In this document: in pieces, positions 29,057 to 39,258 of the stretch
Position numbering within the stretch: the stretch's first letter is position 1
Layout of the letters: each line of letters begins with the position of its first letter
Virus record (IMG/VR): IMGVR_UViG_3300037418_002719
Reading direction: 5' to 3' (one strand)
Source of the DNA: an uncultured virus (IMG/VR IMGVR_UViG_3300037418_002719)
Lineage: Duplodnaviria > Heunggongvirae > Uroviricota > Caudoviricetes
DNA: 64,000 bases
The notes under the pieces: generated by a model
Seen by the model: the letters and a program-made list of their open reading frames with translations, nothing else
Told to the model about the DNA's origin: nothing
The model's database searches: none
Translations under genes and position numbers: made by a program

Positions 29057-29271
29057 GTCTCGAAGACCGTATCGACGCCGCCGCAGTAGCGCTGTTTGAG
29101 CTTATGGCCGACGAGTACGACTGTTGGGATGAAGATCCATTGGAGCAAGGTAGACGCTGGCGTGATATGGCGAGGGCAATGATCGAGGCGACACGCGAAG
29201 ACAGGGTCGAATACTGGCTCGACAGGTACGAGGCCAAGTACCGCACAGACTGGAGTTCAAGGCCTAGCTAA
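29053..29271 (+). CDS. Hypothetical protein
   Basis: GTGA overlap. Confidence 0.55.
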   Translation: MSLEDRIDAAAVALFELMADEYDCWDEDPLEQGRRWRDMARAMIEATREDRVEYWLDRYEAKYRTDWSSRPS

Positions 29272-29273
29272 CG

Positions 29274-29663
29274 ATGCACACTTACTGTAACGGCACCTAC
29301 CATTATCACAGCCACGACGATGGGTTCGAGCAGTGGCATGAACTCTGTCCGGGCGAACCAGCCTGTAATAGTCCGCGCCGCTCGATCGAAGCTCTGGCTG
29401 TGAGAATCCCCAACAAGATTTGGGTTGACATCAAGGCCGAGCGCGCCCGCCAGGACGCCAAGTTCGGTGTTCAGCGCCACGATAACGCAACCTGGAAGCT
29501 CATCCTCGATGAGGAGACAGGTGAGGTTGCGACTGAATGCCTCCAGGAGATCTTCGGCGACATCGCCAACGGTCACGGTAACTTGCGCGAAGAACTCATC
29601 CAGGTCGCCGCCGTGGCCGTCGCCTGGGTCGAACATCTAGATAGGAGCACAGATGCCGGTTGA
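29274..29663 (+). CDS. MazG-like nucleotide pyrophosphohydrolase
   Basis: ERARQDAKFG, ILDEETGEVA, LREELIQVAAVAVAW. Confidence 0.8.
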   Translation: MHTYCNGTYHYHSHDDGFEQWHELCPGEPACNSPRRSIEALAVRIPNKIWVDIKAERARQDAKFGVQRHDNATWKLILDEETGEVATECLQEIFGDIANGHGNLREELIQVAAVAVAWVEHLDRSTDAG

Positions 29664-31228
29664 CGGCCCGTTGGACCTGTTGTACACGATGCAGGGCGAG
29701 GCGTCGATGCGCGCCGAGCGTGCGAGCAGCCACGCCAATGCGTTGCGCGCCGAGGCCGACGATTACGAACGCGAGGCCTTCCGTCACTCGTCGCAGGTTC
29801 AGTGGCTACAGCAGGCAATCGACGCCATGAACACAATGCCCGAGGACGCAGATGAAGCTTGAAGTCAAGCACGAGGACAATGACCTGTCGATCAGCGGTG
29901 ATCGCCGTACGTTGACAGCGCTGATGGAGATCATGCGTATCGCGATGTCGAACACGCGACGCGTGGCGTACGGTTCCATCGACGATGAAGTAGAGGGGCA
30001 GGTAGGATCTGTAAAGGTGAAGGTCCTGTGATCCGCTTGGAGACACGCTTCACAGTGGCACGCAAGTCAACCTACGAAGATGCGGCGGTGGAGGCCGAGA
30101 AGCGCCTGAAGGGTGAGGCGTTCAAGAACGGCAACTGGGATCGAATCGAGGTTGCCTACAAGCCACAGGTCCGACACACAGACTTGAAGGGCACGTTCGT
30201 GATCGACTTTGTCCGTGATGGCGTCGCTGGTGCTCCCGGTGTACCGACTTATGAGGCCGCCTGATGGGACACATGGAGTGGGACCACCAAGGCCGGGCGA
30301 GGTGGCGCGAACGCAGCACAGTTCCGTGTCCAGGGCCACCTGGTCACGGAGGTTGCATCGGTCGGTACGAGGACGACTACGGGTCAACGAAGTGGTGCCC
30401 GACTTGCACGTATGGTGACGGCCAGCAGGTCGTGATCACGTGGACGCGCTGCCCGCAGTTCGACGCCCCGCGTCCGCCCAGGGGTTGGACTCCAGAGCGG
30501 TCAGCGGAAGAACAGATCGACGCAATCTACGGAGGCGTGTGATGGCGAAGAAGAAGTCATACAAGGTTCCGTTCGACGACTACTCCGGCGATCAGCTTCA
30601 CTATGCCGACGAGCGAACAAGGCTTGTTCACTTTCCAAACGGATGGGAGGCCTACAACGACGACTGCGACAATCCCGCAAACCGAGTCGAGGCCGGCGTA
30701 GAGTGGCGTGAGCCGTACGAGTTCAAGGACACGCTCAAGTACGTGACCTACCACCGTGGGCGTAGCGCCGCGTACTTTGAGTTCGTGTCGCTCAACGATG
30801 GACGTCGATACACGATGTTCCTGAAGCAGTTCGACCAGGCGGTGAGTCGGATGGTCATGGGTCAGTTCACGGGCCGCTTCGGTTTTGTCAAGTACGGCCA
30901 CAACTACGGAGTTGAACTGCTCGATGCCTGACGCGAACGGTAACATCAAGGGTATCGCCATTTCCGGCAAGGCCTCCGAGTCGTGGGAGCGGATCTTTGG
31001 TGACAAGCCGCGGAATCAATGTCCGGCCGCACATGGCGCGTCATGCTGCGGTTATTACGACGAGTGTCGAGAAGCGCTCAAGGTCGGTACACGCTCCGGG
31101 CGCTTATCCTGCGCCGGCCCCAACCGCAGCAACATCGACTGATGCGTGACGACGACATCATCGCGATGATCATGTTGATTCTTGTCGTGGTTGGTTCTCT
31201 AGCACTTGCCTGCGCCGCATCAGCGTAA
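29653..31228 (+). CDS. Run of small hypothetical genes (29653-29862, 29852-30031, 30028-30264, 30264-30542, 30542-30931, 30924-31142, 31142-31228)
   Basis: Chained by ATGA/TGATG-type overlaps. Confidence 0.55.
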
Positions 31229-31264
31229 CCAGATCTACAGCCGACCGAGCGGCAATACAGACTG

Positions 31265-31642
31265 ATGCGCTGCTTAGAGTGCGGCGGTGACGCTGAAGAG
31301 AATCACCATGTTGTACCACGCTCACGTGGCGGAACAGCTACGGTCCCTTTGTGCTCTATGTGTCATGGCTTAGCTCACGGCGTCGGCAGAAATAGCATCT
31401 CGTCGCTCACAAAGGAAGGAATTGAACGCGCACGAAGGGCAGGTATTCGGATCGGCAGGCCTCGTTCAATTCCGTTGGAGATAGTCAACCGTATTGCAGA
31501 TGAGCGATCTCAAGGCGCAACGCTGGCGGCAATTGCAGACGGACTCAACAAGGATCGCATTCGAACCGCTCAGGGCGGAGCGCTGTGGTACCCAAGCACG
31601 GTAAGGCACGTACTAGCAACACCAACATCGAAAACAAGGTAG
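31265..31642 (+). CDS. HNH-like N-terminus fused to a serine-recombinase-like C-terminal DNA-binding segment
   Basis: CLECG..AEENHHVVPRSRGG...LCSMCHGLAH, then TKEGIERARRAGIRIGRP and IADGLN..RIRTAQGG.LWYPSTV. Confidence 0.7.
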   Translation: MRCLECGGDAEENHHVVPRSRGGTATVPLCSMCHGLAHGVGRNSISSLTKEGIERARRAGIRIGRPRSIPLEIVNRIADERSQGATLAAIADGLNKDRIRTAQGGALWYPSTVRHVLATPTSKTR

Positions 31643-31651
31643 AATCAAGCA

Positions 31652-31996
31652 ATGGGCTCTGAAGCATATTTTCCGGTAGGGACACGACTAACACACAACG
31701 AGACCGACGAGGTTCTGATCGTCACCGGCGGCGGCGATCAGTTGATCGTGTCGCCGGCCGAGTTCGGACCGACTCGAACGCTCGGCATCATTGAGGCGCG
31801 CCAGGACTACACGGCCGATCTCCCCGAGGGCACACCAGTGGAGACGCCTCAGCAGGAGCGGGCTCGCCTCACGCCTGAGCAGATTTTCGCGAAGGCCGCT
31901 AGGGACGCAGCCGCAGCGGGCGAGGTACCCCAGGGCCGCAGGGGACGCCGTAAGTCCGAGGGTGACGCGGAGCCGCGGCGTCAGGGCGGCGAGTAA
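31652..31996 (+). CDS. Hypothetical protein (leaderless)
   Basis: TAGAAT 31640-31645, 6 nt before the ATG. Confidence 0.65.
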   Translation: MGSEAYFPVGTRLTHNETDEVLIVTGGGDQLIVSPAEFGPTRTLGIIEARQDYTADLPEGTPVETPQQERARLTPEQIFAKAARDAAAAGEVPQGRRGRRKSEGDAEPRRQGGE

Positions 31997-32289
31997 TGGC
32001 TAAGCGTCGGATCGAGGACAAGAAGCGCGTCCGCCTCGTGAAGGCCATGCGCGTGACCCCGACACCGCTGATCGATCTCGTTGACTACGTCCGGCTACGC
32101 ACGCGCTGCACGGCTGGACGCGCGCGCGCCGCGATCCTCGCTGGCGCGCTTACCGTTGACGGCCAGCCGATTGGGTTCGTAGAGGTCGACGACAAGGCTA
32201 AGAAGGACAACAAGATCAAGGTTCTGACGCAGTACGTGCGAGCCGATCTACGCGACCGGATCGTGGTGGTGAATCCTTCTGATTCGTAA
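31996..32289 (+). CDS. Possible S4-like RNA-binding protein
   Basis: LVDYVR...TAGRARAAILAGALTVDGQ resembles S4 (SR..AR.LI..G.V.VDG). Confidence 0.45.
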   Translation: MAKRRIEDKKRVRLVKAMRVTPTPLIDLVDYVRLRTRCTAGRARAAILAGALTVDGQPIGFVEVDDKAKKDNKIKVLTQYVRADLRDRIVVVNPSDS

Positions 32290-32344
32290 CATTCGTGCGC
32301 TGTGTTCGGCGTCATCGAGGCTGGTAGAAGAGTCACCGCAGGCG

Positions 32345-32665
32345 TTGGTGGACATGCTTGCTGGCGACGCCGCTCAGCGAGTCGGCCTGAGTGTTCGCCA
32401 TTGGCGCAGCGGCGACATGGAAGACCCAGCGCCAACGCAGGGCGAGCGCGGCCTTGAGCCGGACAAGACCGGATGGGTTGACGAAGAGGAGCGCGCCATC
32501 TACGCGTCCGAACTAGGTGGACTCAGTGACACCGTCATGTTCCGTCTAGATCTTCGGCTGGACCTAGATCGTCTGCGGACGATGTCTGTGGCGCGTGCTG
32601 AGCAGCGAGCCCGCGCTCTCGCCGAGGTCAAGGCGTTGGAGTTCCTGGAAGGTTCGCTCCTGTGA
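32345..32665 (+). CDS. Hypothetical protein
   Basis: + strand ORF overlapping the RuvC start; start uncertain. Confidence 0.5.
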   Translation: MVDMLAGDAAQRVGLSVRHWRSGDMEDPAPTQGERGLEPDKTGWVDEEERAIYASELGGLSDTVMFRLDLRLDLDRLRTMSVARAEQRARALAEVKALEFLEGSLL

Positions 32666-33165
32666 GGTGGCTGTCCGTCGACCCCGGCGAGGACACAGGT
32701 TGGGCTCTCTGGGAGGACGGCGACCTCGTCGATGCCGGCACAGAGAAGCTGTGGCCGTTCGGTGAGGCTGTCTACGCAGCAACGCACGAAGACGACATTG
32801 CCGTGCTGGAACTCGTCGGTGACGAGCTTGCCCTGAAGTTCAACGGCATCAAGCGTATTGTGTGCGAGGACTTTCGGATCTACCCATGGGAGGCCAAGAA
32901 GGGAACCCTGAATTGGGACCAGGTTAGGACCGCGCGGCTTATCGGTGCACTAACCCTGATCTGTAAGGTGAAGGGCCTTGAGTGGGTTCTCCAAGGCGCA
33001 AAGATCAAGGAACGCGCCGAGGCCGCCGGGGCGGAGTCGTTGTTCATGTCCCCGTTGAACGAAAATCGCCACGCCAATGACGCGATCCGGCACGGCGTCT
33101 ACTACTTGGCGATCGAGCGCGGCGCGCGGCCGGTCGAAATGGAGGGCGATGGTGCTAATGCGTAG
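32662..33165 (+). CDS. RuvC-like Holliday junction resolvase
   Basis: SVDPGEDTGWA, IVCEDF, HANDAIRH. Confidence 0.85.
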   Translation: MRWLSVDPGEDTGWALWEDGDLVDAGTEKLWPFGEAVYAATHEDDIAVLELVGDELALKFNGIKRIVCEDFRIYPWEAKKGTLNWDQVRTARLIGALTLICKVKGLEWVLQGAKIKERAEAAGAESLFMSPLNENRHANDAIRHGVYYLAIERGARPVEMEGDGANA

Positions 33166-34012
33166 GGAGTACAGAAACCTCTACAGGCTGTGCCGCCCGC
33201 TGTCGTACGTCATGCCAGAGGCGGCACTGCGCTGGCTGCATCGCCATTGGAAGCTGGCCTCGGACGACACCGAGGACTGGAGTTTCTGGCTTGACGTCAG
33301 CTACGAACGCTACTGGAGAAGGAGTATCGAGCGGTGACTGAGTTTCGGTTGTGCTGGTCAGCGAGCAGTAACATCACCTTCCGCGGCGAGACCGACTGGG
33401 AGGTGTGGGACGACGAGGACGAATCTCCAGAGGTGTACTTCTACTCTCTTGATGGTCCTGGGCTCACCAACATGGCTAGAGGTCTCGGCGAGGTCTTGGA
33501 GGCCAGCGGTTTCGATTGGTGGGTGGAGACTCGATGATCTCCGGTAAGGTGCGCGGCGAATGCATTCACTTCGACTGCGCCACCGACGAAGAGATGACGT
33601 TGACGTGGATGGCGTTCTTCACCGAGGAGGCCGCCAAGGGCCTGGATTGCGACCGTTGTGGCCGGCCGCTCAACGAGGTACCTGATCCGTGATCTTCTTC
33701 GACAACTGCGGATATGAACCAGTACCCGGCCTTGACGACTTCGTTGAGGCCGCGTACGCTCTATGTGGTGAGTCTCATCTCTTCCGACGCCGCCGGCTCG
33801 GCGGGCTGGCCGGTATTCGAATGGCCCCATCCGATATGGCAAGGTACGAACTCAACGCCGACATCTTTGATCTCAAGATCAAGGCCATCATGGACTCAGC
33901 GCCACGCGGAGTTACCCTACTTTCGGATTACCTGTTCTGTCAGTGCGCGTGTCACAAACCAGGACTGCACGCAGTTCGCGGCGGCTGCGCTCACTGCACG
34001 ATTCTGGGTTAG
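33158..34012 (+). CDS. Run of small hypothetical genes (33158-33337, 33334-33537, 33534-33692, 33689-34012)
   Basis: Overlapping + strand ORFs. Confidence 0.5.
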
Positions 34013-34124
34013 TCAACGTGGCTGATCAAATCGTGTACAATACCGCTAACCCCATGCCGTTGAAGACAAACATGGAGTCAACGGTATCTCTCGACGAAGG
34101 AAGGGAGCAGAACCAGAGCCTCGG

Positions 34125-34376
34125 GTGCTGACCGAGGACGTGCAGGTAATCCTACGCCGCGTGGTCAGGCCGGATCAAGAAGATGAAGGAGATTCGGTAG
34201 CGACTATTGCGGAGAAGGCAGACACATCGACTCGGACCGTGTATCGAGTCTTGGCCGGCACAACCAAGACCCTGTCACTAGACCTTGCGGACCGTTTGTG
34301 CATCGCCGCCGACGCGCACCTCTCAGAGTGTCGCCTGTCGTGGCCAGATGGTAGGGTCGAGCCCTACCTGTCCTGA
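34125..34376 (+). CDS. XRE/Cro-type helix-turn-helix protein
   Basis: SVATIAEKADTSTRTVYRVLAG...SLDLADRLC. Confidence 0.75.
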   Translation: MLTEDVQVILRRVVRPDQEDEGDSVATIAEKADTSTRTVYRVLAGTTKTLSLDLADRLCIAADAHLSECRLSWPDGRVEPYLS

Positions 34377-34487
34377 TGCGGAGAGCCGACCTTTCCGAAC
34401 CAACACGGACCTCGGTAACACCGCTCCATTGCTGCGAAACAAGCCCTAATCAGGTCTTTTTGTCATTCACGGCGGTAAATTACGTGA

Positions 34488-34937
34488 ATGGCTCGAATCT
34501 CGAAGCTCGCTAACCCAGAATTCGCCAAGGCCGTCGCCGAGGCCTACGTGAACGGGATGTCTCGTGATGAGATGGCAGACGAGTTCGCCTGCCACAAGGA
34601 CACCATCACGATCTGGACGCGTGACCCACGCGTCCAGGCACACGTCTCTCGCCTCGCGCAGGAGCGCGTCAATCGCATCACGCGCAAGATCGACAAGGAG
34701 ATCGAGGGCCGCCTCCAGGACGCCGAGGAGATGGACACTGAGGTTTTGCTGAAGATCCGCAAGGAGTTCCTCGGCAACGTCATCAAGCCAATCGAGGGTG
34801 CTGGCGCTGACCGTGCCGAGACTGTCTCGGAGACCATCAAGGCTGTCGAGGAATCGCCGGACCTCGCTGACGCGCTACAGCAGCTACTCCTGGGCGGCGG
34901 GCACAACGCTACGCGCGAGCCCAACGCTGACGAGTAA
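34488..34937 (+). CDS. Terminase small subunit (putative)
   Basis: N-terminal HTH (MSRDEMADEFACHKDTITIW); directly coupled to terL. Confidence 0.7.
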   Translation: MARISKLANPEFAKAVAEAYVNGMSRDEMADEFACHKDTITIWTRDPRVQAHVSRLAQERVNRITRKIDKEIEGRLQDAEEMDTEVLLKIRKEFLGNVIKPIEGAGADRAETVSETIKAVEESPDLADALQQLLLGGGHNATREPNADE

Positions 34938-36499
34938 TGATCTCTGACGAGGGCCGGAAGAACATCCAGGAGGCGCATAAGAAGCGCTCCAAGGAGTCAC
35001 GTCAGGAAAATGACGCGCGCATGGATCGACTTATTGCTCTCGCTCAGGCCGATCCGCAGGCGTTTCAGCAGCTTGTCCAGAAGGTCATGGGCAAGATGTT
35101 GGTCCCTCACTCCGAGGGACAGAAGGAAGTACTAACTGCTGAAGAGCGATTTCTTGTACTTTGTGCAGGTCGCCGGTGGGGAAAGTCGCAAATCGGGGCG
35201 GCGAAGGCGCTTCGCACGGCTCGTAAGCCGCGCCAGATCATCTGGTGGATTGCGCCGACCTACAAGGTCGTCAAGCGCGGCTACGAAGCCGTAGTCAAGC
35301 AGTGCCCGGACGAGCTTCTCCAGAAGCCTGCGCCGCCATCGTCAGGCTTTGACGCCGGCCGCGCGATTCGATTGTACTTCAAGAACGGCAGCATCATGGA
35401 GTTCTACTCCGCCGAGCGCCCAGAGGGCATGCTCGGTGGTAGCTGCGACTTCATGATCCTTGACGAGGCAGCGACCATGCCTGAGCACGTCTGGACACAG
35501 ATCGTGCGAGCAACCCTCGCAGACCGCAAGGGCAAGGCGTTGTTCATCTCCACGCCGCGCGGCAAGAACTGGTTCTACCGCATGTGGATGAACGGCCAGG
35601 ACCCCCAACAGCCTGAGTATCGATCGTGGCGATTCCCGAGCCGCACGAACCCAACGATCGACCCGGCCGAGTTCGACGGCATGGAGGCCGAGCTTCCACT
35701 AGCAGTCTACGAGCAGGAGATCTTGGCGGAGTTCATCTCCAACGCCGCCAGCGTCTTTAGGTTTCCGAAAGGCCGCGACCCCGACACCGGGGAAGAGTCT
35801 AACGATTTCCGCTCTCCGGTAATTGTCGAGCTTCAGCCGCCGCAGGGGCATGTCATTCTCGGTATCGACCTCGCCAAGCACAACGACTTCTCGGTGCTTT
35901 TCGGTGTCAGGGCCAGCGACCGGCAGCCGTGCTGGCACGATCGATTCAATCAAGTCTCGTGGCCGAAGCAGCGTGCGCTCATCAACGAAGCCGTCGATGA
36001 GATCCTCAGGACCGCCGATGGTGTAACGCTTGTCGTGGACTCCACAGGTGTCGGTGACGTCATCTACGACGACCTCGCCGAGGCCGGCTATGACGTCGTC
36101 GGCATCAAGTTCTCGCCGCAGTGGAAGACGTCGGCGGTGCAGCTTCTGTCGGCAGACTTGGAGCGCGGCCACGCCTTCATCATCGAGGACATGTTGCCAG
36201 AGTTCGAGTCCTATTCGTACTCGATCAGCGATAGTGGTCGGTGGAAGTATGAGGCCGCCACCGGCCACGACGATGAAGTCTCCGCGGCACTACTCGCACA
36301 TTGGGGCGTCGTCCATTCCGGGGTTCCCAACATCCAGACCCTCCACGGGGGCGGCGACTCGATCGTCGGGGAGTCCAGCGGCGGCTTCCTCGTCTGGGAG
36401 GACGAGGTCGACATCATTGATGATGGTGTCGCGCGAACGCGCACAGTTGCGGTCCCGACGATCGCCGATCTCATGAACAATCCCAACGCCTGGGGCTAG
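34937..36499 (+). CDS. terL: Terminase large subunit
   Basis: Walker A GRRWGKS, APT, Walker B MILDEAA, ISTPRG; nuclease GIDLA..NDF, DSTGVG, HDD. Confidence 0.95.
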   Translation: MISDEGRKNIQEAHKKRSKESRQENDARMDRLIALAQADPQAFQQLVQKVMGKMLVPHSEGQKEVLTAEERFLVLCAGRRWGKSQIGAAKALRTARKPRQIIWWIAPTYKVVKRGYEAVVKQCPDELLQKPAPPSSGFDAGRAIRLYFKNGSIMEFYSAERPEGMLGGSCDFMILDEAATMPEHVWTQIVRATLADRKGKALFISTPRGKNWFYRMWMNGQDPQQPEYRSWRFPSRTNPTIDPAEFDGMEAELPLAVYEQEILAEFISNAASVFRFPKGRDPDTGEESNDFRSPVIVELQPPQGHVILGIDLAKHNDFSVLFGVRASDRQPCWHDRFNQVSWPKQRALINEAVDEILRTADGVTLVVDSTGVGDVIYDDLAEAGYDVVGIKFSPQWKTSAVQLLSADLERGHAFIIEDMLPEFESYSYSISDSGRWKYEAATGHDDEVSAALLAHWGVVHSGVPNIQTLHGGGDSIVGESSGGFLVWEDEVDIIDDGVARTRTVAVPTIADLMNNPNAWG

Positions 36500-36508
36500 T
36501 AGGCGAGC

Positions 36509-36537
36509 TTGACTTTGTCGGCCGCGGCGGCTAAGGT
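36509..36537 (+). promoter_or_regulatory. Sigma-A-like promoter, leaderless start
   Basis: TTGACT 36509-36514, 17 nt, TAAGGT 36532-36537, 7 nt, GTG 36545. Confidence 0.65.
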
Positions 36538-36544
36538 TCGCGGT

Positions 36545-37186
36545 GTGACGAATTCAGAACAAAGCGACCGCCACAGTCTCGTCGATCGCGTGGCGAAAAT
36601 GCTGTGGTTGTTCGACGGGGGCGAACCCGTCGCGGCGGCCGACGCCAGTCGCACCGAGGATGCCTACCGGGCGAGGGCGGTGATGGTCGTGGAGACCGTT
36701 CGTCGCTACGACGACGGCACGGAATGGGGGCCGCTACCCGAGTTCGATCTCGACGCGATGGACGCCCGCGAGGACGAGGAGACGCGACCGTCGGTGGACC
36801 GTGAACGTCGCTGGGCGGCGTTCTGGAGCGCCAACGATGAGATCCCATATGACTGACGCATCGGGCCAGAACAGCAGGCCGGAGAGCGAGCGGTGAGCGT
36901 CCATCCCGCACTCCGGACGTGCGCCTGCGGCCACGTTGCGAACCACCATCTCGACAAGCTCGGCTGCCAGATCGCGGGGTGCCCGTGTCGTCGCTTCGAC
37001 GGCCAGAACGTGTCGCGCGAGCAGCACCGGGCGACCATCGAAGAAGCGAACCGTCGTCTGCGCAAGGCGTGGGCGCAGCGCGACCGATACCGCGCTGCGT
37101 TGGAGCGCATTGAGTCGCACGGCGCGGGCGTCGCGGTCGAAATCGCGCGTGACGCTTTGGCCGAGAAGAGTAGGCCGGAGGGCTGA
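36545..37186 (+). CDS. Two hypothetical genes (36545-36856; 36893-37186 with a CxCGH..H..C..C.C Zn motif)
   Basis: + strand ORFs after the promoter. Confidence 0.6.
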
Positions 37187-37225
37187 GCGCGTGGCCGACG
37201 GCCTCTTTGCGTCCGACGCCCGGCC

Positions 37226-37254
37226 TTGACCTTCCCGCCCAGCCCTGCTAGGGT
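37226..37254 (+). promoter_or_regulatory. Sigma-A-like promoter, leaderless start
   Basis: TTGACC 37226-37231, 17 nt, TGC-TAGGGT 37249-37254, 7 nt, ATG 37262. Confidence 0.65.
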
Positions 37255-37261
37255 TGTCGAC

Positions 37262-39258
37262 ATGACGCCAACGCGCACCTCTCCCCTGGTCGGTAAGACT
37301 GTCTCTTCTGTGCTCTTCGATGTCTTCGTCGAGAAGGCGCTCCCGTGGATCGATCCCAAAGAAGTTGACGAGATCCGCGAGCAGCACCGCGACAGCGAGG
37401 AAGACCTCTACGTACGCGACGGTTTAGTCTACCGGCGGGTCGTCGCTGATCTTGTCATCTCCACCGACGACGGCAACGTCTACTACGTCTCCACGTGTGG
37501 CTGCTGCGGCGGGATTGGCGGCGAACTCGGTGTGGCGGCGGCGGTCCTCTGATGTCACGCATCGCGCTGCCTGTGACGTCATGCTACGGCGGAGACCGAG
37601 CCCTACTTGATCGCCTCGGCCTGCTCACTGACGGTTACCCATTCTCAGAGTGGATGAGGCTTGGTCGCGTGGACTTCGACAACGACGCTAAAATCACCGT
37701 CTTCGTCCTTGCGCTGCCGGCCCAGACATGGGACTTCATCATCACACGTCCAGACGAGAACGGCGGACAGCCGAAGAGCTTCAAGCTCTCGACTGGAACC
37801 GGACGCTTCACTGAGTTCTGGCCATTGGCGGCCATGCTGGCGGATAACTTGGTCTCGGTTGAGGCGCTCTGATGGCTGCGTTGACCGCCGATGAGGCCGG
37901 CGAAATCGTCGACCTGCTAGGCGCTGTGAGGAAGATGGACAAGGTTCGTCCTGACCCGATCCTTCTCTACGACTCAAACGGCGAGTACGTCGGGCAGATC
38001 AAGTACGACACCCACAACGGCTACATGTACTACCTGCCGGGTGATCTTGGGGTGGACGAGTGAGCACTCTTGCCTGGGATGGCTACCACGGCCGCGAAGA
38101 CGACGAACGACACAAGAACCACAACAACGTGACAGTCATACTGAACCCCCGTCCGTGCGATCGTTGCGGCCTTCCGGTTCCGTCAACCAACGACGCTGTC
38201 CTGCTCGACATTACACTCGGTCACGGCGACCCGCTGAGCATGCTGCTCGGTCGCCCGCGGCACTTGCTGCCGACCAGGTACTGCGAGGGGAGTCCCAGCC
38301 GCGCACAGTACCTTGAGGGTCAACCGCGTGACCCTCGACCCGAGTACGCCTACAACGCCGACCATGAGGCCGCCATCAGCGAGGCGCACGAGCGTATGAT
38401 CGAATGGGCCGAGTCCTACGAGGAGCGGTTCCGTTGAAGGGAACCTGCGGCTCACAGGAATGGGCGTACGGCGACAACGGCGAGGTCATCGTTTACGGCA
38501 CTTGCGGGCGTGAGCCGTTCCACGAGGGGCGGCACGTCGAATACGCCGATGAGGGCCGCCCGATCGCTGGGTGGTCCGACCTCTACTGGCGGCGCGCGCC
38601 TACTGAGTGGGAGCCCCGCGCCGCTGAACTAGCACAGGCTTTGCTGGACATCGCCGAAACCGCGATGCCTTCGACGTACTTTGCGACCGATTCACGTTGC
38701 CAGATGGCGCGTCAGACCCTGGAGGTGTTGGGCTATGTCGACGACGAAGAATGACATCATCGAGGGCGCGCTGGAGATTCTGCGCGACCCCGAGCGCTGC
38801 ACGAGGGGCGGCATGAGCCGGCGCAGCGAGGGTCGTTACTGTGCGGCTGGCGCGCTGCTTGAGTCTGCGCTAAACCTCGGCGTTGACCTCGATCACCATG
38901 TCGACCGCGCCGTAATCAATCGCGCCGTGTTGGCCTTCATGTCCGGCAACCGCGAGCGCACGGTCGAGATACTTGAGGAGGCGTTCGAGTAGTGGGCTGT
39001 GTTCTCTGTGAAAGCCTGCTTTGTCGATGCCCACAACCGCCCCCTCCAGACCCTGATCTCGTAGCCTGGGCGGCTGTTGGTCGCTCCGGCATGTGTGTCC
39101 ACTCATCGACGGTTGAGGATTGCGCGGGCTGTCAGGTTCGTAACTTTCGCGCGGCTATCCGGCGGACAGCGCAGGATCTGATCGACATCGCTCACGACTA
39201 TCACGTTCTAGATCCCCGCCGCCTTAGGGCGCGTCTCATCCTGGAGGAACTCAAATGA
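37262..39258 (+). CDS. Run of small hypothetical genes (37262-37552, 37552-37872, 37872-38063, 38060-38437, 38434-38754, 38735-38992, 38992-39258)
   Basis: Chained by stop/start overlaps. Confidence 0.6.

Noticed and set aside
31265..31642. Serine integrase
   Set aside because: Only 125 aa and lacks the catalytic Ser domain.
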